Positions 36,829 to 50,179 of a stretch of 64,000 nt of DNA are shown piece after piece (positions within the stretch are counted from its first letter, which is position 1; each line of letters starts with the position of its first letter). The notes beneath the pieces are model-generated. The model made no database searches. It had not been told where the DNA came from and was given only the letters and a program-made list of their open reading frames with translations. Both the position numbers and the translations under genes were made by a program. Location: contig JBHGNT010000020.1 of assembly GCA_043228905.1 (NCBI GenBank), positions 8,494,001 through 8,558,000 of the forward strand, written 5' to 3'. Origin of the DNA: Azolla caroliniana. Lineage: Eukaryota > Plantae > Polypodiophyta.

Positions 36829-39800
36829 CTTGTACAGGAAACACAGGGAAAGAGGGGAGCACCCGACACCAACAAGACGCCAATATACACAGACAGACGC
36901 AAACGTATATGTATATATATATAAGTAGAATACACTCCCGGCTTCGAGCAGGACCAAGATAGTTTACAACAGTCGTCTGTTGTGAAGCCGTTGTCGGGGA
37001 GCTCTCGGGCTCGTCGCGCCGAGCGGGGTCTTGCACAGGAGATAAGCTGCAGCCAACCCTAAACGAACACGAAGGGGAAAAAGAAGAAGCGGAAGAAACC
37101 TAACCCTAAACCTACCGGTATACCCTCTAATCAAAAATGGGCAACCCTTTTACAAAGGGCGTTCCCTCCCTTTTATAGAACAAGGAGAGGGATGCGTTAC
37201 AATGTGGGACAAATTCCGACTTTCATGGGATCGTCTGTCCCGACTTGACTACTTTCCGGCGCCATAAAGGCGCCCTCGATATTCATACCAAATGTACATG
37301 GGTGCGTACACACGCTGCACCCCGCCGATGTAGACAATGTTTCCCGGTTTTCGCCTATGGCCGAAATTCTTCACGACATCCGCCCCCACCTAACTGCATG
37401 TCCACCGGTACGTGCCAATCTGGTTGAAGGGTGAGAGATTTCGGCCGGTGAGAAAGTGGTCTCCCGTGATCCGCATCTCAGCTCGTTGCCGGTTTGATCT
37501 GGCGGCTTCGAGTCTTCCTTCGCGCTCGCCTCCCCGTAGGCTCGTTCGACCCGTCGATGGGTCCTCTTCCGCGATCTCCGTAGCACGCGTTCTTCCGTTG
37601 GCCCTTGTTCGGCCGTATGAACGCTTTGCTTCCCGCCGTATGCCCAATGTCCTCCACTAGAGGAATGCCCGTGGCAGCCCGCTTGGCCTCCGTCGTTGAA
37701 TCGTGATGTCCCGATGGTGTTTCACATCGCCTTCGTCCTTCCGCCGCCACCTTCCTTCTCCATGGTCTTACATCGCTGCATCGGCTCGAACCGCCATGGT
37801 CTCCGAAACGGTGTGGAAGATCCCTTTCCGGCCTTCTCCGCGCTCGCCTTTCCGCTCCGGCACCTCCGTGTGCCACCTACCCTCGTCTGTTGTTTGGTAC
37901 TGCCCGTGTTGCACTCTTCATCGGCCCCTTTCTGGCCTGATCGTGCATCGTTGTTCACCCGCATACCGGTGTCCTTTGCATCCGAGGAACACCCCGTAGT
38001 AGCCCGCTTGGCCCTTCCCGTCTTCGTGCTGCTGCAACAGGTCCTGGGTCCTTCGCTTGCCGTCGTCCCCTCGCCCCCACCAGCTTGTCACCCCGGCATG
38101 CCGTGTCAATCTTTGTTACTTCGACGGAGTTACCGAGATCTACGAAGCGAGTGTGGAGGATCCTCCTCCGGCCTCTCTTGTCGTCCTGGTTCCGACCCTG
38201 TGCAGTCCACTAGGCACTTGTCCCTTCGTTCTCGGCACCTCCCTTGTGCCGTCTTCCGCTTCCTTCGTTCGGCCACGCCCGCGCCGAACACCGTCCCGTA
38301 GTCACGCTTCGATCTGGCCCGTGATGGCCACTCGCGAGACTCTTGTTCTGTCCAAGGTGTGCCTTTCCGGCCTGACACACCTCCCCGTATTCACCCCTAT
38401 CGGCTTCTTCCGATACCTCGTGTGGTCGGGTCCCATTCCCTGCAACCACCGTCCTTCTCCCCCGGTCTCACGTTGCCACGTTGGCCGAACTACCGGATCC
38501 TCCGGATCGGTGTGAGGGTCCCATAGGACCGGACTCTGTTTCAATGCTTGCCGAAAGTCGGGTGTCTTTTGTTTGAGTCTCTCCCGGACTCTCCTCGTCT
38601 CTTCCGCGTAGTCGGGTCCCGTTTCCCGCCGCCACCAACCTCTCTCTCGGTCTCATGTTGCCACGTTGGCCGAACTGCCGGAGTCTCTGGTTAAGTGTGG
38701 GGATCCTGTAGGACTGGACTTCCTTATGCCCATTGTCTTCGTCACCTCGCCGCCACCGTCAGTATCTTGGTCTTACGTCGACCGCGTTGCCGACTGCCGA
38801 AGTGTCTAGAACCGGTGTGAAGGATCCTCCGTAGACCGCCCTTCCGTAGCCCTTGCCTACGTCACCTCGCCGCCACTATCAGTATCTTGGTCTTACGTTG
38901 ACTGCGTTGCCGACTGCCAAAGTCTCTAGAACCGGTGTGAAGGATCCTCCGTCGGCGCTCGTCGCATTCCTGATCTTGTCCCGGGTCGTCCTTTTCTGCA
39001 TGCCGAGAGGGCGGTTTACTCCGCACCCTCTCCCGTGGTACCGATGTACCATGTCCTCGGCCTCTTCGTAGGCCTGCTCTCTGCCTCCCTCCCGGAATGG
39101 TTATCCGGGAGTCCGCTCCGCCCGGTTCTCATCCGTAATCTCGACCTTCGCCAGGTCGGTCTTTCTCCCCATGTAAAAGAGGGCGGCTCGTCCCGCACCC
39201 CCTTTTGTATCGGCACTTTCATGCCGAAACCGGACCCGATCGAACGATCCACGACCGGATCACGCTCCACCCGTATCGGAATGCCGATAACCTCGTGCCG
39301 CATTCGCTCTCGGCCTCCTCGCAGACCGTTCCCCATCCGACTTCGCTGGCATCGTGCCCGGACTCCTCGGTACCGCCATCCATCTCCTCGGTCTGACATG
39401 GGCATACGGGCCCAAATGCCGAGTTCTCTGGAATCGGGTCCGTGGGCTTTCGTCCGCTCCTTCCCCGTATCGTCTCACCGGTGATTCTTGGCCCTCCGCC
39501 ACCGCCTTCCTCCGCCACCGCCTTCCTCCGCTTGGGACTCACGTGGGTACTCGGGCCCAACTGCCATCGTCTCGGGCCGGTTGCCGGAGTCTCTAGGCCC
39601 GGTGTGCGTAAGGTCGTGGCACCACTGCCCGTCTTCTCCTCGCTCGATGCTTCGGGCCTTCGTGCCCGAACTCCCTCATGTCCGCTCGACTCGGCGATCG
39701 CCACCTCACCGTCCTCGACCTCGTCCTCGGTCGATCTTTCTCCGCATGTCGAGAGGGCATTTTGTTCCGCACCCTCTCCCGTGGTACCGTCGTACCGATC

Positions 39801-41406
39801 TTCTGCCGTCGCGTGCGGCAGGTCCGTCTCCTCGGTCTTAGCTTCTGGCCTCGATCCTCCCTCTTCCTCGAGCATCGCTTTGAGCGCTGCGTACGCCTCC
39901 GCAAGCCTAGCCCCAACGCCGACCCTTGCCGACTCTCCCTGCCGTCCGGCCTCTTCCCGCTGTGATGGCATGCCGTCGCGTACCTTCCTCTTAGCCTTCT
40001 CGACTCACTCGTTGTCTAGCCTTTGGCACACCCTTCGGACCCTCGACGAGTCCTCCGTAAGCCCATTCGCTCCATCATCGTCTTCGAGCTCAATCCCGAT
40101 GGCTTCCCGTTCCGCTCGGTCGATCGACTTGACGAACAAAAGGACTTTGTCCGCCCCCACCAAACCTTGTTCCCGCTCTGGGAGCCGAGCAAGTCGTCGC
40201 TCGAACTCCCGGAACGCCTTCGTCGCACCCCGGTGGGTCTTTGCCGATGCTACCCACTGGTCGAAGTGGTGCCGTCCCCGGCTCTTCCACCGTCCTCCGT
40301 ATGCCTTCAGGAGCGCCTCTTCGAAGGCCTCCCATGAACCACGAGCCTCACGGAGCTCCATTACTTCCGCATGCATCCGGATAGCTACGACCCGGCAGAA
40401 GAACTCCAGCCTCAATGCCTCGTCTACGCCACGCTCTTCCATTTCCGCGTTGTAGGCTTCCAAGTAAGATGGGATTTTGTCCCCGTTGAAACGACCGACT
40501 CTTTCGACCACTCGCCCAACTGCTTGTTGCGCTGCTTCTCGCCTCATCACCACTCGTGCCGACTCCAACTCCACTTCGGCCACCATCTCCGCAAGGTCGT
40601 CGTCTTCCGACTCCATCCTCCCTTGCCGCCTTTCACGTCGGGTTCACCAAAGATGTCGTGTTGTTATGCGCGTGTGTGGAGAAAGGCGGGACCACGGGGG
40701 TCTTGGACTAGGGAGCGACAGAGTGTAGGAAGTCGCACTTCAGCATTTCTGGGGCACCCCTGAAACGCACCGGAAGCATCTGAAGGGAGAGAGGGAATGA
40801 GAGAGCGTGCTTGACACCGACTCACGCGCGCGCACACACACACACACACACGCCCTCTTGTACAAGAAACACAGGGAAAGAGGGGAGCAACCAACACCAA
40901 CAAGACGCCAATATACACAGACAGACGCAAACATATATGTATATATATATAAGTAGAATACACTCCTGGCTTTGAGCCGGACCAAGATAGTTTACAACGG
41001 TCGTTTGCTGTCAAGCCGCCGTCGGGGAGCTCTCGGGCTCGTCGCGCCGAGCAGGGTCTTGCACAGGAGATAAGTTGTAGCCAACCCTAAACGAACACGA
41101 AGGGGAAAAAGAAGAAGCGGAAGAAACCTAACCCTAAACCTACCGGTATACCCTCTAATCCAAAATGGGCAACCCTTTTACAAAGGGTGTTCCCTCCCTT
41201 TTATAGAACAAGGAGAGGGATGCGTTACAATGTGGGACAAATCCCGACTTTCATGGGATCATCTGTCCCGACTTGACTACTCTTTGGCGCCATAAAGGCG
41301 CCCTCGATATTCGCACCAAATGTACATGGGTGCGTACACACGCTGCACCCCGCCGATGTAGACAATGTTTCCCAGTTTTCGCCTATGGCCAAAATTCTTC
41401 ACAACA
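36620..41406 (-). mobile_element. Non-autonomous gag-only LTR element nested in the 5' LTR; LTRs 36620-37378 and 40654-41406; tRNA-Trp PBS; 4-bp TSD GCGT
   Basis: Terminal repeat TGTCGTG/CACGACA. PBS TGGTGAACCCGACGTGAA (40632-40649) is complementary to the plant tRNA-Trp 3' end. PPT TGGGGGCGGA. No RT or INT motifs found. Confidence 0.9.
40005..40616 (-). CDS. Gag-like ORF (203 aa) of the nested element
   Basis: Starts just after the PBS. GRFNG..YLEAY...SWEAFEEALL is a typical gag N-terminal pattern. Confidence 0.65.
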   Translation of the reverse strand: MESEDDDLAEMVAEVELESARVVMRREAAQQAVGRVVERVGRFNGDKIPSYLEAYNAEMEERGVDEALRLEFFCRVVAIRMHAEVMELREARGSWEAFEEALLKAYGGRWKSRGRHHFDQWVASAKTHRGATKAFREFERRLARLPEREQGLVGADKVLLFVKSIDRAEREAIGIELEDDDGANGLTEDSSRVRRVCQRLDNE

Positions 41407-41988
41407 GCGTGTAATTTTGGGAATGTAAGAAACGTCTCATAATAGAATTCTATCTTCTCTGATTCTTTGTGTATAGCTACGGCTAATCCACTGTGTGTGT
41501 CTTGAAGACCTAAGCGTGTAAGAACGTAAGTGTAACCTTTGCTAAGGATTCGGTTGTAGCCGTCTCCCTTATACGCTGATAGGTTACAGGGAACATTCCC
41601 CTACGCATTATGCTTAGACGCCTATTCGTTGTTCCACACCCACTTGGAGGTCTAGGTCGAAGGACTGACCGCGGACCGTGTTCCTAATCGGCAACACTTT
41701 TGGCACGCTTGGTGATCTGTGTCTTCTCACAGACAAACAACGACGAATGCATGTTTAGCCGCAGATGCCCCAGAGAACCAACACGACAAGACCGGCCAAT
41801 AACAAGGTCCGTCATACGCCAGGCACAAGAATGCGCATGGCAAAAGTCGTGCCTCAGCAACCTCAATACTATCTGCCGTGAGTACAAAGGTGATTCTTCA
41901 CTCTCCAAATACCTCGGCGAGACGCCGGGACTACGCTCACCACAACCACCAGCCCGGTGGTCTTTCCCGACCCGTCGTAACCCCCACC

Positions 41989-44900
41989 ATGGCCTTTGCC
42001 TACCCCCGCTTTAACGGCGAAACCGACGCTACAATGCATATTCGCATGTTCCTAAATGTCTGGAATGCGAATCACATGGCGCAGAGCCTTTCGGAGGCGG
42101 TAGCACACCAGTTGAAAATGACGGAGTTCGGGTTAACATTAGATGGGCGAGCGGCGTTTTGGCATTCACAGATGGATTTACCAGCAATAACAACCTTCGA
42201 TCAGCTACAGTCCGCTTTCTTGCGATTCTTCCATCGGAGGGTGCCACAACACGAAATCCTCGGACAGTTTTATACGATTAAGCAACTACCGACCGAGACG
42301 ATAGCGGACTTCAGCTACTTTTCCAAAATTTACGACGGAAACTGGAATAGAGCCCCGCGGAGGACAAGGCTCGAGAAACATTTCTGGCAGCTTTACGCCG
42401 ACCCATCCGGGCAACGCTCAACAACAATAGCGTGAAAGGGGAAACAACAGATATGGTAATTGAACGAGCGTTAAAGCTCGAGTTGGATGACGAGGAGGAA
42501 AGGTTTTCTATGTCCTCCTTACGACAAGCGTTACCTCAGGATGAGGAATGCCACTTTCGTCAAGCAATCCAGTGCACGATTTGCTTGAACTCGGGACATT
42601 CCGCAGTGGATTGCAATATGCGAATCCACTACCCAATCTGCCACTCGAAGGCTCACACAGTCGACCAATGCGAATACAATATGTTAAACAGAGCCACTCC
42701 CGCAGTCCGCAGTATGGACACACAGTGTCAACTACACCGGACTGAACAAAGGAGGAAAGAAGACCGACCCCGGTATAAGGATCGCAACCCACGGGAGGAC
42801 CGGTACCGCCGAAATCGCCGAAATCACAACGATTCCGAGGAGGACGAACCAGAGGACGAGGATTATCGTGGACATCCGAGTTACGCCAAAGGGGGTCAGC
42901 GCTACGAGAATCAACGACCGACAAACAAATGGGGCAGCTTCAATGGTTATCGTGGTCAGCCACGACAATATCGAGATCACCAGCGTTACGACGAAAGATC
43001 GAGGGATGAGCAGCACCAGGAACAACGATGGGACCAACAGCAGCCACCGCGTACGTTCCAACAAACGAGGCCGGACCGCGAGGAGCAAGTAGCACCAGGG
43101 GAGCATCACACACCACTAGGAGCCGAGAAGGGTGAATAAAGCATCCATTGTTTTATTTGTCGACAACCCGGACATTATGCCACGCAAAGCCCAACACGCA
43201 AGGGAAAGGGGCCCGCTGTCAATACGATTACGGCGGAAGTGCAGCAAGTCACGACACGCCAACAAACAAAAACGGATGATTGGGCTACGCAAGACGAGGT
43301 ACGCCGACAAGCCCAAGCCTGGGTGGAAAAAGCAAACGCGAAAAATATGGAACGTATGCGGGAGGAGTCCGCGAACACAATGGAGCGAGCAGAGGACGAA
43401 AGACCGGTCCCAGACCCCATTTGGCAGGCGTTAACGGGCTGTGAGATAATGTTAACCATGGAGAAACTGTTGTAGCTAGTCCCACACTTCCGCCAGACCA
43501 TGGAAGAACGCATGACAGGCATACCCGGGGTGAGTATCGCTACAAACCTTACAGACGTTAGCAGTAGACCGTCGGTAGTGGATCAGCACAACCCGGCTAT
43601 TACATTAATATTACACGGACAGGAAATTCATGGATGCATAATCAACGGCGGCTCAGGCTTCAATGTAATTAACGTGAAAACTTGCGAGCAGTTAGGCATT
43701 TCAGAATGGGAGGCTTGCCCATTCTGGCTCCGAATGGCAGATACCCGCTCAGTAAGACCATTAGGGTTAATTCGCAAAATAGGCATTATCGTGGGCAGAC
43801 ACCGATTCGACATCTCGGCGGTCGTCCTCGCCTTGGACGCCCCAGGGGCGTACCCAGTGCTTCTAGGCAGACCATGGCTTCGGGCAACAAATATCAAGCA
43901 GAGCCGGCAACACAAGTGTATTAGTTTCTGACACGGACGCACCAAGGTTCGCGTACCTACGGAAGGAAGCACGCCACAACCAAAGGGTATAACACCATTA
44001 TACGTAGAAGATATAAATATGCTGGCTGGGGTGGAGGATGTAGAATTAGAGGCATACCTCAACGAGCACCCTCGGATTATTCCGCTATTTGAAATAGACG
44101 TCATCGCAACCGCGGCAGAATATGCCACGACCACTGTTCTCCACGACGAGCCTTACGAACCAAACCCAGAGTCCATATTGGAACTCAGCAGAGCACGGGC
44201 GGCATTTGAAAGGGAAATGGAGATTTCACGACAAGTCACCGCTTCCGCCCTCGAAGAAGTAAATATGGGTATGGAATCGGAGCTTCGTTTCCTCTCCATC
44301 GCAAAGGAATTAAGGCCGGACCAGCGAAACACGATGATCACACTAGTCACGGAATATAAGGATGTGTTCGCTTGGGCTCACGAGGACATGAAGGGGTTAG
44401 ATCCCAAGTTCTATCAACATAAGATCAATTTAGCAACCGACGCGAAACCCGTCCAACAGCGCCGCTACCGCATGAACCCGAACTACGCGACCCGCATGAA
44501 AGAAGAAATTGACAAGCTCCTGAAGGCGGGGTTCATACGACCAGTTAAACAAGTGACATGGTTAAGCCCGATAGTGGTCATTCCAAAGAAAAACCACAAA
44601 ATACAGGTATGCGTAGATTACCGAAAATTAAACGCCGTCACCATTACGGACGCATTTCCCTTACCCTTCACCGATAGCGTACTGGACGTCATCGCAGGCC
44701 ATGAGATGTACAGTTTTTTAGATGGCTTCAATGGCTATAACCAGGTACGCATGCATCCCGAGGACCAAGAAAAGACGGCATTTGTCATGGACTGGGGAGT
44801 ATATGTGGCAGTCGTCATGATGTTCAGGCTAAAGACGGCGCCGACAACATTTCAACGGAAAATTACGGAGATCTTTGGGGAATACATTCCGGTGTTCATG

Positions 44901-47555
44901 CAAGTTTTTTTTGACGACTTTGTGGTATATGGGAGAACAATAGACTATTTTTCGCACTTACAACTGTGCCTGGAACATTGCTGCACCGCACACTTAAGCC
45001 TGAATCCCGCGAAATGTGCTTTCGGCGTGACCAGCGGGACTCTCCTGGGCCATATAGTCAGCAAGGAGGGAATAGTGGTTGACCCGATCAAAATCTCCAC
45101 GATTACGCAAGCCAACACTCCGACAAACGCCAAATCTCTCTGCCGGTTTTTGGGACAAATACGGTGTCATAGTCGGATGATATGGTATTTGGCGAACTTC
45201 GCCACGCCGTTACACGCTGTCGTACATCGGAGTCCTTTCCAATGGACTGCAATGGAGGATAAGGCCTACGAGGCACTTAAGATAATGCTCACACAGGCTC
45301 CCGTCGTACAACCATCAGTTTGGGCGAAGCCATTCCACGTGTTCGTCGACGCCTCGGACATAGCAATAGGAAGTGCACTAATGCAACTCACCGAACCAAG
45401 CTGGTACCAACCAGTATACTACCCCAGTCGCAAATTATCAACAACAGAGCGTAACTACTCCACAATGGAGCGGGAGGCGCTAGGGATGATCTATAGCATC
45501 AATAAATTCCGGCACTATTTATTAGGAAGGAAATTCACGTTCCACGTGGCTCATTCGGCGCTACTGTATTTGGTGGAGAAACAAGCCCTGACAGGGAAAT
45601 TGGCGCAGTGGATGTTGCTGCTCCAGGAATTCGATTTCGTAATCCAACACCGACCAGGGACGCAACACACAGTGGCGGATTTTTTTAGCAGACTCGAGAA
45701 TGGAGAAACAGTACAGAAAGATGACGACGATTTTCCGGACGCCGATATCCTGCGGGTAGCGACACTAGCAGAAAGAATGGAATCGACCTTTCCGGACCGA
45801 TGGCTTATGGAAATGATGTACTTTTTTACTACGGGACTGCCTCCACCACAATTATGCACGGACGAGAAGAAATGACTAGCCGTCTGAAGCCGTCACTTCT
45901 GCCTCGTCGAAGGCGTTTTATATCACAAAGGAAGTGACGGCATTTGGCGACGTGGGGTACGACAGGATGAGAAGGAAGCAGTTTTACGGGAGGCACACTG
46001 CAGCACGGCAGGCGGCCATTACGCGGGCGACGTTACAGCCAAGAAAGTATAGCAGGCGGGCCTATGGTGGCCAACAATGCAGAAGGACGCATCCGCGTAT
46101 TGTAGAAAGTGTGATTTGTGTCAACGGATGGGACAGCCCGCGGAGGGCGCAAGGATGCCACACCAGCCCGTATTACCGCTAGACCCCTTCCAAAAGTGGG
46201 GATTGGATTTTGTGGGGCCCTTCACACCGGCGGCAGCTCGTATGGGCAATAAATACATATTGGTAGCCACAGATTATTGCACAAAATGGGTAGAAACAAA
46301 GGCACTACATGAAAATGCAATAGTACAACACATATATTTTATACACATCACAAGTATAGGCTAAATGGTAAGATTTGAATGCCATAAGGTTGGGGTTGTT
46401 GGTTCAAGTTCTCTTTTGCCCATGTGATATGATATATGGTGTGCATGTAGTATATTACATGGTTTACACTATAAAATATTACTTCAAATAAAACAATGCA
46501 TATGATCCTTGTAAATTATTAGTATACACTAAATGGTAAGGTTTGAGTGTCATAAGGCGGGGGTTATTGGCTCAAGTGCTCTCTCGTCCATGTAATATAA
46601 CATATATATTTATTTATTTACCTCTACATATAATGTATAATATTATCATAGTGTGTGTTAATATTATCTTTAGCGTTTGTATAAAATATTATCAACGTTT
46701 ATTTTATTTTAGTTACGTATTTATCGTATTATAGACTTTTAATGTGAAGCTTTCATACTTCACGACACCGTCACAACCAGATTCCTTTACGAGCACATCT
46801 AGTGCCGGTTCGGCTGTCCGATTGAGCTTATCAGTGATCAGGGGAGCCACTTTCTCAATACGGTTATTCGAGAATTAACACATCATTACGCCGTAGTCCT
46901 TAAGAAGAGTACGCCATATTATCCGCAAGCGAATGGATTAGCAGAATCCACCAACAAGACGTTGCAGACCATTTTGAAGAAAATCGTCAATGAAAATAGA
47001 ACGGAATGGGATACCAAACTACAGAGTGCGTTATGGGCGTACAGAACCAGCTACAAAACAAGCATACAGTCAACACCGTTTCGACTAGCGTTTGGGCTAG
47101 AGGCTGTGATGCCGGTCAAATTTCAGGTACCTAGTTTGCAAATTCAAGTACGGCACCGACTATCAGAAGCCAAGTCGAAGGAGGTACGGCTCCACCAACT
47201 CCTCGAACTAGGGGAAAAACGCGTCCACAACATGGATGTGTTCGAACAGGAACAACGACAGCGTAAAGCGTTTGTGGATCGACATCGGAACGCAAGGGAA
47301 AAGGAGTTCGTCGTGGGTCGAGTAGTGCTGGTTTTCCAAACTCGCATGGGCCATATGCCAGGGCAGTTACGATTCCGCTGGACCGGCCCATACTGGATAA
47401 TTGGAGCAGAACAAGGCCCGTTCCAACTAGGTACGCTGGCCGGGGAAGTAGTCCGGCAAAAGGTGAATGGGTTTCGCCTCAAACCTTACCTGGGCCCTAC
47501 ACCACCTAACCCATTCACCGCCAAACAAGACAGAGCCGGAGAACCCGCACCGTAA
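41989..47555 (+). pseudogene. Gypsy gag-pol pseudogene (gag, double Zn knuckle, PR, RT, RH, INT)
   Basis: ORFs 41878-42435, 42432-43139, 43500-43931, 44019-45875, 46077-46364, 46962-47555, collinear with 55066-60558. Confidence 0.93.
46316..46760 (+). other. AT-rich insertion in integrase with two tRNA-like units
   Basis: Integrase reads KALHE..N|T..STTRFLYE across the insert. Units at 46353-46425 and 46521-46592 have A-box (TAAATGGTAAG) and B-box (GGTTCAAGT) like motifs. Confidence 0.7.
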
Positions 47556-47895
47556 ATGAGCGGCCCCACTTTTACCATAATGTAAACATAGGTTGTAGAT
47601 AACCGTTACGAAAACAAAAAAAAAGAAAAAAAAGGGAGAAGATAGTGACTATTAAAACGACTAAAGACATGCACAAACTCCTAGTTCAAGAACATACGGC
47701 ACCACGATGGCTCACTGGCCAATGAACCCTAAGACACAAAAAGAAGGAAACAGAAGATTTTCTGCACAAAACAGAAACTCATCTTCTAGCTATCAGCGCT
47801 TCCATCACTCCTCCCCCTCACCTTCTCCTCCATCCTATCACATAGCTACAACCCACCGCAACCACCAGTCTCCTTCCCATGAACCTCCTCTAGCG

Positions 47896-50179
47896 ATGAC
47901 GATCTTCATCTCTACTGCCTTAAGTTGATAGCTCGTGGAGAAACGCTTGGATGGGTACATCCGGATCGCAGAAGCATCCCCACACCCGGATGCCATGGAC
48001 ATCGCCAGGAAGCTTAACATCAACACGGTCACCAACTCCTCCATCCGGAAAAAGTTGAACCTGTCATCGCTAGGCGAAAGGCATTTCGACATCCCTCCTG
48101 CAGAGGCGCTGCAGTGCTATTTCGAGCCATATTCCTCCTCCGCCAAGGCGTATAGAACCAAGCAAATTCCGGATCCCTTCTTCCGTGAAGTTGCCAAGTT
48201 CCTGCTAGAAGTCAGTTGCGTACATGTCAACGCATATGGGATGCCTAAGCAGAAGGCAGGCATCATTATCGATACCTTTGAGGGGCGCGCGGTCGATTGG
48301 GGGGTCATCACAGGGCTGGCGTTAAGGGAAGGCATGCATGCGTACCAAGCAGGCAAAAAGCTCAGGCCGATCATACAACAGTACCTTACGATACTATTTC
48401 CACCCCGAGGCTTGCCGGCACCGCAGCCCAGCCGGCCCACGCCCCCGCCTCGATCCGCGAAGCGCAGGTTAGGGGAGTTATCGGCCCCAGATTGGGAAGA
48501 GGAACCCCAACCCACCCAGCCTGACCCAAGGACAACACCACCTACCGACCAGCCAGACACACGGACAACGCGGGAGGAACAGCCGACACATTCCATGGAA
48601 GCAGCCCCAGAGCCAGACACCGAAACACGGCAGGATAGCCCCAGACCAAAACGGCGTAGATTGGACAAGAAAGATGGGCGGGGGTTGGTCAAAAACGTTC
48701 CCACGACGACAGAAACACCGACTGAAGGCAATGGCTCCGTAGCTACGGAACCCAATACCACCTTCAAAATCATCCGGGAGCCACGGCCGATCATTACGAC
48801 CCAATCCCAACGAGGGAAAGTCGTATTGACGGCGGAAAGCGAGGTTTTGGCATATCCGGATATCCCGGATAGGGCCCATGAGTTCAGTGCCCTCTTACAG
48901 TTCGGCACTTCTTTTGAGCTCATGGAGTTCCTGGCAACACAATAGGTAAAAGTCGCCCAACGAATGGCTGAAGAGCATGCGGAACGCCAGATGATTGAGC
49001 GCACCCTAACACAAACAACGAAGAGCGACGATGAGGACCGGTTAGCCAGGGTCAGCAGACAGAGGAACACCAGGGTACGCGGACTGGGGATGGAGATACC
49101 CCCATTAAACACAGCCCTAGTCGAAGTCCATCAGGAACTAGCAAAGGTCAGGACGGGCACCAACGAGATGGCCATAAAAAATAAGAATGTCTATCTATAT
49201 AATCTATCAATCTATCTCTCACGTTTGTGTAGTCTCTCTCTCTCACTCTCTCATTCTTTCTCGTCTGTGTAGTCTCCTATCTCCCTCTCTCTCTCTCTCC
49301 TTGTCTATGTAGTCTCCCTCCCTCCCTCTCCTCTCCTCTCCTCTCCTCTATGTAGTCTCCCTCTCTCTCTCTCTCTCTCTCCTCATCTAAGTATGTATGG
49401 AAGAAGGTGAAACTGACCCAAGTCGAACTACAAAAAGCAAACGAACGCATCGCGGAGTTGGAAGCTCACGCGGCTACGGCGCAACACGCAACTCCGCCAC
49501 CAAACCACGCCATCGACGCTTTAAAGGAAGAAATTGAGGCTCAGACTGCAATCCCCTCAAAAGCGAAAAGGGTCATGCAACTAGCGGAATCAGAAATTGA
49601 CCGCCTTCGAACGGAACTACGCCAATCCTCAGATAGAGAAAAGGAGATACGGGCTAACGGCCGGAAGGTAGTAAAAACCCTTGAAGAGAAACTTGCTACG
49701 GAGGTAGCTCAGCATTTCCGGACAAAAGACGACAACACCCAATTACGGGAGGACGTGAAGAAATGGGAGGCGGCAATCGCGCGACTCCGGGCCTTATTAG
49801 AAAAAAAGAAGGTATGGTTCGACGAACAGTTGGTGGTCGAACAAGACAGAAGGCATCAACTCGAAATCCGCCTAAACAATGAAATGGGGAAATTAGAAGA
49901 ACAACATGCAAAGGAATCCCAGTTGTGGGCGGGCTGAAGGCCACGTATGAAGAAGCGGTGGCGGTTAAACAGCAAGAAATCGCAAACCTCTAGAAGTCGA
50001 TGGAGGACGCACGCAACCATTGCTAGGCCATCACAGATAGCATGCGTATCCTTCTCCAAACAAATCAGGATAGGTTCACAGCGCAATTTAAAACGGCACT
50101 GGACAAAGGATGAATGGCGTGGGCAACCCAAGCAGCGGAATTGCACGCGTATCGTGCGGACTGGGAGAACCGGCTATGA
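47896..50179 (+). pseudogene. Extra ORF downstream of pol (conserved N-terminal domain, Pro-rich linker, coiled coil), disrupted
   Basis: ORFs 47935-48945, 48964-49272, 49407-49937. Homologous to 52196-54649. Confidence 0.8.

Noticed and set aside
39442-40455. 337-aa and other long plus-strand ORFs in the GC-rich interior
   Set aside because: Antisense shadows of gag and low-stop GC-rich DNA, with no recognisable motifs.
46303-46315. CACTACATGAAAA resembling a CACTA TIR
   Set aside because: It encodes the host integrase residues ALHEN, and there is no matching TIR at the other end of the insert.
48117-49112. 331-aa minus-strand ORF
   Set aside because: Shadow of the conserved plus-strand extra ORF.
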